NCBI GenBank assembly: GCA_050309605.1
Contig: JBNRMN010000013.1
Span: 1-16,076, forward strand
Direction of reading: 5' to 3'
DNA: 16,076 nucleotides
Source of the DNA: Anaerohalosphaeraceae bacterium
GTDB taxonomy: Bacteria; Planctomycetota; Phycisphaerae; Sedimentisphaerales; Anaerohalosphaeraceae
In this document: piece by piece, positions 1 to 7,585 of the stretch
Position numbering within the stretch: position 1 is the stretch's first letter
Layout of the letters: every line of letters begins with the position of its first letter
Position numbers and translations under genes: made by a program
Notes under the pieces: generated by a model
The model's database searches: none
The model's input: the letters and a program-made list of their open reading frames with translations, nothing else
Told to the model about the DNA's origin: nothing

Positions 1-15
1 GATATATACAGGACA

Positions 16-3000
16 GTCGCCCCCATCACGGGGGCGTGGATTGAAACCAACGGCGAAGCCCGCCCTCAACGTCTTACAGACGTCGCCCCCATCACGGGGG
101 CGTGGATTGAAACGTTTGCCGCCGCACTAAATTTTAACGCGAAAGAGTCGCCCCCATCACGGGGGCGTGGATTGAAACCGTCAGGCTGGCAAACGAGACC
201 GCATCGGTCGCAGTCGCCCCCATCACGGGGGCGTGGATTGAAACACCGCCAGTGATTCGGGCATCGGCACGAGCCGGGGTCGCCCCCATCACGGGGGCGT
301 GGATTGAAACGGCAATTGAAGCAATTATAAGTCCAGACGACAAAGTCGCCCCCATCACGGGGGCGTGGATTGAAACTTTTGCATTAAACCACGTCTCATC
401 GGACATCCATGTCGCCCCCATCACGGGGGCGTGGATTGAAACCTCAACGCCGACGGCAAGCGGGGCGGGAGCAAACGTCGCCCCCATCACGGGGGCGTGG
501 ATTGAAACCTTTCTCATCTCAAAATTACCGCTCAAACAATTCGTCGCCCCCATCACGGGGGCGTGGATTGAAACTGACCACATACCGAGTTAAAATATCG
601 TGATACCGGTCGCCCCCATCACGGGGGCGTGGATTGAAACTCGTTAAAAAGTTAAACGTCTGGACGACGCAGACGGGTCGCCCCCATCACGGGGGCGTGG
701 ATTGAAACGGGGCGGGTGATGTGGATACGTTAGGGCCCGTGGGTCGCCCCCATCACGGGGGCGTGGATTGAAACACAGACGATGGATGCTGAGGATTATC
801 GCGTTGATGTCGCCCCCATCACGGGGGCGTGGATTGAAACATTGAGACATACGACGGCGATACTGTTAATCGCGTCGCCCCCATCACGGGGGCGTGGATT
901 GAAACTCTATCGCCCAAAACACAGGTGAACACGTCAAGATGTCGCCCCCATCACGGGGGCGTGGATTGAAACCTGAAAGTGGGGGAAACTCAGGGCAAAG
1001 AGTTATGTCGCCCCCATCACGGGGGCGTGGATTGAAACGCCCAACCTGCGGATAAACATCTCAATCGACTTGGTCGCCCCCATCACGGGGGCGTGGATTG
1101 AAACTTTGTACTGTTCATAACTTGTCCTTTCGTTAACGTCGCCCCCATCACGGGGGCGTGGATTGAAACCTCGGCTCAAACCCCCAACGGTCAATGGCAA
1201 TCAGTCGCCCCCATCACGGGGGCGTGGATTGAAACAGGCCGACGTAGGCGTACTGGCGGCAGTCATTTCGTCGCCCCCATCACGGGGGCGTGGATTGAAA
1301 CGGCAATACAATCGCTATACGTTACAGCGGCGATAAGGTCGCCCCCATCACGGGGGCGTGGATTGAAACAATACACAATCTTTCTGCTATACCGAGCAGC
1401 GGGGTCGCCCCCATCACGGGGGCGTGGATTGAAACTGGACACTGCTGATGCTGACCGGGATCCGTTTGGTCGCCCCCATCACGGGGGCGTGGATTGAAAC
1501 CTGATGGCTCGACGTTTGCCTGCTCCGGATTTATGTCGCCCCCATCACGGGGGCGTGGATTGAAACGACGTTTAAGACGTGTCGTCGAAAATACTATTGG
1601 GTCGCCCCCATCACGGGGGCGTGGATTGAAACGCTCCAGATGCCGCCGTCGCCGTGCTTGCACTCGGTCGCCCCCATCACGGGGGCGTGGATTGAAACGG
1701 TTTTTTAGAGATAAACTCATACGGCGGGTCGGGTCGCCCCCATCACGGGGGCGTGGATTGAAACCTTTTTGGCCTTCAGCCGACCAATGATCGCGACGTC
1801 GCCCCCATCACGGGGGCGTGGATTGAAACGCCATACACGCTGTCGTCTGACGGTCGGAAACAGCGTCGCCCCCATCACGGGGGCGTGGATTGAAACGGTA
1901 TCGCCCTGCGTCGCGTCGACCAGGAACCGATGTCGCCCCCATCACGGGGGCGTGGATTGAAACCTCAAGGTCGGATTCAAGACGCGGCACCTCGAACGTC
2001 GCCCCCATCACGGGGGCGTGGATTGAAACAGCGGAACCCCCTTGGCCAGCAGATCCAATCCTTCGTCGCCCCCATCACGGGGGCGTGGATTGAAACTTAA
2101 CTCTTTGTTAATAAAGGGTTTGCAATCAAGGTCGCCCCCATCACGGGGGCGTGGATTGAAACGAGTAGTTTTTGGTTTTTTTGGTTTCCTTTGTTGTCGC
2201 CCCCATCACGGGGGCGTGGATTGAAACGCGTCAATGGCGCTGAACCGGCTCAAAGTTATCGCGTCGCCCCCATCACGGGGGCGTGGATTGAAACTTTCGG
2301 ACCAGCGGGCTCGTTAGTTAGCCCGGCGTCGCCCCCATCACGGGGGCGTGGATTGAAACACGTCCGGCCCGTGAATCTGCAATCGCGGCCCTGTGTCGCC
2401 CCCATCACGGGGGCGTGGATTGAAACTCCGGGTATGGACGGCGCACGTCGGCTTGCGGAGTCGCCCCCATCACGGGGGCGTGGATTGAAACAGGCCTGGC
2501 AGTGGTACCAGATCGAAAAGGCCGTCGTCGCCCCCATCACGGGGGCGTGGATTGAAACAGTTCTCGGCCAACGCTGCCGGCGAAATCAAGGGGTCGCCCC
2601 CATCACGGGGGCGTGGATTGAAACGACAACGTACTCAAATTTGCCATCGTCCACGAGGGGTCGCCCCCATCACGGGGGCGTGGATTGAAACCCGATTGCG
2701 ATGGCTATTTTTTTATCTTGCATGAGTCGCCCCCATCACGGGGGCGTGGATTGAAACTTTATAAAAAATTATATTGATTTTTAACTCAAAAAGTCGCCCC
2801 CATCACGGGGGCGTGGATTGAAACTTAAGCCCTTTAACCGAAACGGTTTAGATGACTCGGTCGCCCCCATCACGGGGGCGTGGATTGAAACCGCAAAAAC
2901 CGTGTAGAGCAAAAGGGCTTTGGCGTCGCCCCCATCACGGGGGCGTGGATTGAAACGATGCCGCTTGAAGCCACACGGGACGTTCTGCCGTCGCCCCCAT

Positions 3001-5467
3001 CACGGGGGCGTGGATTGAAACTGGCTTGCTGAAATTGGGGCCTTTGAATCCCTTGTCGCCCCCATCACGGGGGCGTGGATTGAAACGATTATATTGCGGA
3101 AAAGCGTCAGCGCGTGTACGTGTCGCCCCCATCACGGGGGCGTGGATTGAAACTGCCCGGGTGTACTGATATATGTCCCGATATCCGGTCGCCCCCATCA
3201 CGGGGGCGTGGATTGAAACTTTGCTGCCGTGCAGCAGGCGGCGGCGGGGCTGGAGTCGCCCCCATCACGGGGGCGTGGATTGAAACGTCTTTAAGCGGCG
3301 CGACGACATCGGCCTGAGCGGTCGCCCCCATCACGGGGGCGTGGATTGAAACGGTGGTGGTATCGTCGGTATGGCTGGCAAAATCGGGTCGCCCCCATCA
3401 CGGGGGCGTGGATTGAAACATCGCCTTGTGTGCTGACGACCTGCACCCAATGCGTCGCCCCCATCACGGGGGCGTGGATTGAAACTGTCAGCGGCGACGC
3501 CGAGTTGATCGTGCCAATAGGTCGCCCCCATCACGGGGGCGTGGATTGAAACAGGATCGTTGTAAAATCGCCGTTGCCATCCCGACGTCGCCCCCATCAC
3601 GGGGGCGTGGATTGAAACCGGCCGGCCAGCCGCAAACCATTGTGTCCCAGGTCGCCCCCATCACGGGGGCGTGGATTGAAACGTCGGCCTTGACAGCCAC
3701 CACGCCAGTGATATTGTCGCCCCCATCACGGGGGCGTGGATTGAAACTCTTTGGTTTGATCTGGCGGGGAACCGGCGGGCGTCGCCCCCATCACGGGGGC
3801 GTGGATTGAAACCTGTTAGACGAAATCGACGCCGCCGATGCAAATGTGTCGCCCCCATCACGGGGGCGTGGATTGAAACGAATCAGATGGCGTGCTGTAT
3901 GCGGGGGCGTTTGGTCGCCCCCATCACGGGGGCGTGGATTGAAACACATTGCAAAAACTGGCTGATTCTTTTTTTGCCGTCGCCCCCATCACGGGGGCGT
4001 GGATTGAAACTCCCAGCCAGCCCTCTGATCATCACTCAACGTTGTCGCCCCCATCACGGGGGCGTGGATTGAAACTGTCCCAACTGTCAAAGGCCCGCTG
4101 TCCGAATAGGTCGCCCCCATCACGGGGGCGTGGATTGAAACTTTTTGCGCGTCTTTTGTCCCGTGCCCATGTTACGTCGCCCCCATCACGGGGGCGTGGA
4201 TTGAAACTTTGTGACCAAGCCCGAAGGGCAGACCGGCTATTTGTCGCCCCCATCACGGGGGCGTGGATTGAAACAGGCCGGCCACGCTCCAGAGCAGCAC
4301 AACCGGCGTCGCCCCCATCACGGGGGCGTGGATTGAAACTTGCGGCTGCTGGGCATTACCGACATGACCGTCAGTCGCCCCCATCACGGGGGCGTGGATT
4401 GAAACGATCCGTGTAGTCCCCCTGTTGTCGAAAAAAAAGCCGTCGCCCCCATCACGGGGGCGTGGATTGAAACGGGTTCAGTCCCATTCTTGCGGTCTGC
4501 GTTGGTGGTCGCCCCCATCACGGGGGCGTGGATTGAAACAATCACTTCTGCCGGTCAAACGCGGTGCGGATCCAGTCGCCCCCATCACGGGGGCGTGGAT
4601 TGAAACACCAGTGCCTCTTCGGCTTTTTCGGGTGTCAAAAGTCGCCCCCATCACGGGGGCGTGGATTGAAACCTCGGTATCAAGTGAAGTACCTTCGAGG
4701 TCCTGAGTCGCCCCCATCACGGGGGCGTGGATTGAAACGGTGCCCGCGAAAACGAATCCGAGCACTGAGTCCAGTCGCCCCCATCACGGGGGCGTGGATT
4801 GAAACCGCCAGAAAGCCGTCTTGCGCAATTGGCGGAAAAAGTCGCCCCCATCACGGGGGCGTGGATTGAAACGTTGCCTATCGATTTAATCAGGGCCTCT
4901 TCTGCGTCGCCCCCATCACGGGGGCGTGGATTGAAACGCGTAACGGCACACCCTTAGCCGTCCCGAATGCAGCCGCCCCCATCACGGGGGCGTGGATTGA
5001 AACGCGGCTCCCCCATCCAGTCTTGCCAGTCATCACCCGTCGCCCCCATCACGGGGGCGTGGATTGAAACTTACTCGTCGATTTGGCATACTCCTTTGCC
5101 AGCTGTCGCCCCCATCACGGGGGCGTGGATTGAAACGTTACCAAGCGGCCGATGGATTTTGCGGGGTTGGGTGTCGCCCCCATCACGGGGGCGTGGATTG
5201 AAACTTTGTGCGCAGCAACAATCAATTGCTCTTTGGCGTCGCCCCCATCACGGGGGCGTGGATTGAAACAACAAGACGTTGAGGACGTTAGGTAATTATT
5301 ATCGTCGCCCCCATCACGGGGGCGTGGATTGAAACGATGTACCCCGGCGATCCGGGCGGCAGTGCGGCCAGTCGCCCCCATCACGGGGGCGTGGATTGAA
5401 ACACCAGACCCATACAGCCGAAGCCCTGAATACGAGTCGCCCCCATCACGGGGGCGTGGATTGAAAC
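16..5467 (+). CRISPR. CRISPR array with type I-C-like repeat GTCGCCCCCATCACGGGGGCGTGGATTGAAAC; 83 repeats in the window, continuing off the left edge
   Basis: 32-bp direct repeat at a ~66-bp period from 16 to 5467, with unique 32-36-bp spacers. The repeat has a 7-bp stem (CGCCCCC/GGGGGCG, loop ATCAC) and a 3' ATTGAAAC end typical of type I-C (Cas5d-processed) repeats, which gives + orientation. Only one variant repeat was seen (4972-5003, GCCGCC...). Bases 1-15 are a partial spacer and 5468-5500 is a probable final spacer. Confidence 0.99.
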
Positions 5468-5500
5468 GATATGTGCCCGCAGCCGCAGATCGACCCAGTA

Positions 5501-5722
5501 GTCATAGATGGCTGTCCGCCCCAACACATCATACCGATACACCTCCACCGTCCGCCCGTCCCGATCCGACAGCGCCACCACCGATCCCAGGCCGTCGGCA
5601 TGGAAATAATACCGCCGACTTTGCTGGACTGCCGCCATCCAGTTGCCCGCCAGAATATCCGCATCGATATTGTCCACAACACCATCGTGGTTCAGGTCGG
5701 CTCTCTCATCAAAGCTGCATTT
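5501..5722 (-). pseudogene. Internal fragment of an RHS/YD-repeat protein gene carrying a dockerin/EF-hand-like motif
   Basis: The minus frame reads ...FDERADLNHDGVVDNIDADILAGNWMAAVQQSRRYYFHADGLGSVVALSDRDGRTVEVYRYDVLGRTAIYD. YYxHxDxLGSV...YxYDxxG is the RHS-core signature, and DLNHDGVVDNID is a dockerin-type Ca-binding loop. There is an in-frame TAA just upstream (5723-5725), and the frame runs into the CRISPR spacer downstream. Confidence 0.8.
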
Positions 5723-5729
5723 TTATGGT

Positions 5730-5958
5730 GTAACCCGGGAACAATGACAAGCGGAAAGGCCCATGCCATCCCTTCAATTTTCTGAATGGATAAACCGGCA
5801 TCGTCACAAAGAGCCTGCAACTCGTTCCTCAAAAGTGGAATCCACTCGACAAAAGGCTATTCGGCATACGTGCCAATTACAGTAGAACCATGCAAAACGC
5901 CGTTTTCGATGAGTTCCGACTTGATCCGAGTACCGCCAAAATCAACAGTAGATATCAT
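5730..5958 (-). pseudogene. ROK-family sugar kinase (glucokinase-like) pseudogene; N-terminal fragment with premature stop
   Basis: Manual translation from ATG at 5958 gives MISTVDFGGTRIKSELIENGVLHGSTVIGTYAE*PFVEWIPLLRNELQALCDDAGLSIQKIEGMAWAFPLVIVPG. DFGGTRIK matches the ROK ATP-binding motif DxGGTxIK. There is an in-frame TAG at 5857-5859, and similarity ends after ~75 codons. It lies directly downstream of the sugar porter on the same strand. Confidence 0.75.
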
Positions 5959-6052
5959 CGCGTATATCCCAATCATCTACACACAAGCATCACGCTCATA
6001 CTGTATCGGTATTGAACACCCGATTTCAAATCAATCGACTCCCTTCCCGTTC

Positions 6053-7450
6053 TCACGTGATCCATTTCCGCTCGATCTGCTCCAAGGTACGCCCCCCAGT
6101 TTCCTCAATACAGTAATAGATAAATAGAACAGCACACGCCGTTATACCTGCGTAAATGCCAAAGCATCCGGCGGCTCCGAATTGGCTCATCATCCGCGGA
6201 AATAATTGAGAGACAGTAAAAGCACCAAGCCAAATCACGGCAGTCGCTGTCGAGACGGCTCGGCCGCGATAGCGTGTCGGAAATATTTCGCCAATCACTA
6301 CCCAGCAAACCGGACCGTATGAAAATGAAAAACAGGCACAATATGTCAGCAACGGAATCAGCTTTATCGCATTGGGCACCGCAGGGCTGCTGAACAAGAT
6401 TGCCGCTGCCGAAAGCGAAACAAAAGCTCCCGTTACACCGATCAGCAATAAGGGGCGGCGGCCGAATGAATCAACTTTCCATATCGCAATCCCGGTAAAC
6501 AAGCAATTGATAATGCCGATCAGGATTGCTCCGCCCATCGCACCACCGACTTCAAAGCCAATCTCTTTCAATATCGTTGGACCAAAATACATCACAACAT
6601 TGATGCCGCTAAATTGACTGAACAGAGGCAATGCGATTCCAATCAGCAGAGCCAATCGCAACCCCGGACGGAACAACTCAAAAACGGAATTCGATTCATG
6701 CGCAACGGCTCCTTCGACATCACTGATAGACCGTTCGATTTCATCGTCCAGCATGAAATGCCGCAGGATTGTCCGTGCACGCCCGGATTTTCCTTGCCGG
6801 ATCAGCCAGCGGGGGCTTTCAGGAATATACATAAGCAGGAGCATATAAAGGATTGCCGGAATCGCTTCTGCGCCGAACATGCCGCGCCATACCTGAGCCG
6901 CCAGCACCCACTGCAGGAATCCAGAAGCGGCGGCAGTGCTGTTGTTTTCAGCATACCTTAGCAATACGGCATTGACATAAAATGAGCAGACAATACCGAT
7001 CGTAATGGCCAACTGGTATAAACTGACCATTCGCCCTCTGAAATGAGCCGGGGCAATTTCAGACATATACATCGGTGAAGCCATCGCGGTAATACCGACC
7101 CCCAGGCCGCCGATTAATCGAACAATCACCAGTTGCGTCACCGTTTGGGCCAGCATGGAGCCCATTGCTGAGATGAATAACAGCAAGGAAGATATCAGCA
7201 GCACCGGCTTTCGCCCGAAACGGTCCGCAACGGCACCACTGGTCGCTGATCCGATGATACAGCCCAGCAGTACAGAACTAACCACCCAGCCTTTCATGTC
7301 CACGCTGAGATGAAATTGCGCTTCTATTAAATCAATACCTCCGGAAATGACCGCCGTGTCATAACCAAACAAAAAGCCGCCAATGGTCGTAACCGCACAG
7401 ATACCCACCAAATATAACACTCCCTTTTGCTTTGATTTTTCTGACGACAT
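6053..7450 (-). CDS. MFS sugar porter family transporter (XylE/AraE/GalP-like H+ symporter)
   Basis: About 12 hydrophobic segments, with motifs GGFLFGYDTAVISG, DRFGRK, YMSEIAP..RG, PESPRWL, QFSGIN, DSFGRRPLL and EIFPTRYRG. The ATG at 7450 is preferred because it is preceded by GGAG; the ORF track starts at 7471. Confidence 0.96.
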   Translation of the reverse strand: MSSEKSKQKGVLYLVGICAVTTIGGFLFGYDTAVISGGIDLIEAQFHLSVDMKGWVVSSVLLGCIIGSATSGAVADRFGRKPVLLISSLLLFISAMGSMLAQTVTQLVIVRLIGGLGVGITAMASPMYMSEIAPAHFRGRMVSLYQLAITIGIVCSFYVNAVLLRYAENNSTAAASGFLQWVLAAQVWRGMFGAEAIPAILYMLLLMYIPESPRWLIRQGKSGRARTILRHFMLDDEIERSISDVEGAVAHESNSVFELFRPGLRLALLIGIALPLFSQFSGINVVMYFGPTILKEIGFEVGGAMGGAILIGIINCLFTGIAIWKVDSFGRRPLLLIGVTGAFVSLSAAAILFSSPAVPNAIKLIPLLTYCACFSFSYGPVCWVVIGEIFPTRYRGRAVSTATAVIWLGAFTVSQLFPRMMSQFGAAGCFGIYAGITACAVLFIYYCIEETGGRTLEQIERKWIT

Positions 7451-7512
7451 TGACAACTCCGGAATGTTCACGTTTTGCTTTCATTGTAGGCTACTGTAAG
7501 GTACCTCTGACG

Positions 7513-7560
7513 ATGTAGGGTTCCTCTAAAAACGAGCTGGTTTCAAGAGGAACCCTGCAT
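7513..7560. repeat. 48-bp imperfect palindrome (REP-like element or transcript stem-loop) between the GH38 gene and the transporter
   Basis: ATGTAGGGTTCCTCT-AAAAACGAGCTGGTTTCA-AGAGGAACCCTGCAT. The outer arms are complementary at 14/15 positions and the inner segment is also largely self-complementary. Confidence 0.7.
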
Positions 7561-7585
7561 GTTTCTTCATCCCTTCGGAAACATC

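Noticed and set aside
5336..5370. Possible self-targeting: spacer shares a ~10-bp GCGGCAGTGC with the MFS gene near 6930
   Set aside because: A match this short is expected by chance. No convincing spacer match within the window was seen by eye, though this was not an exhaustive search.
134..5384. Dozens of short ORFs with repeating peptides (VSIHAPVMGAT, SPPSRGRGLK, FNPRPRDGGD, VAPITGAWIET)
   Set aside because: These are translations of the CRISPR repeat in frames lacking stops, not genes.
5514..5527. GTCCGCCCCAACAC as a true degenerate terminal repeat
   Set aside because: It would need a 46-bp spacer, the 3' half of the repeat is absent, and the bases encode a coherent RHS motif. Kept only as a possible recombination aid.
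5381..5677. 98-aa minus-strand ORF as an intact gene
   Set aside because: It is a chimera of an internal RHS fragment with CRISPR spacer and repeat sequence, and similarity extends upstream of its GTG start.
5329..6127. Plus-strand ORFs 5329-5733, 5471-5785 and 5786-6127
   Set aside because: They are antisense shadows of the RHS fragment and ROK pseudogene, with no recognisable motifs.
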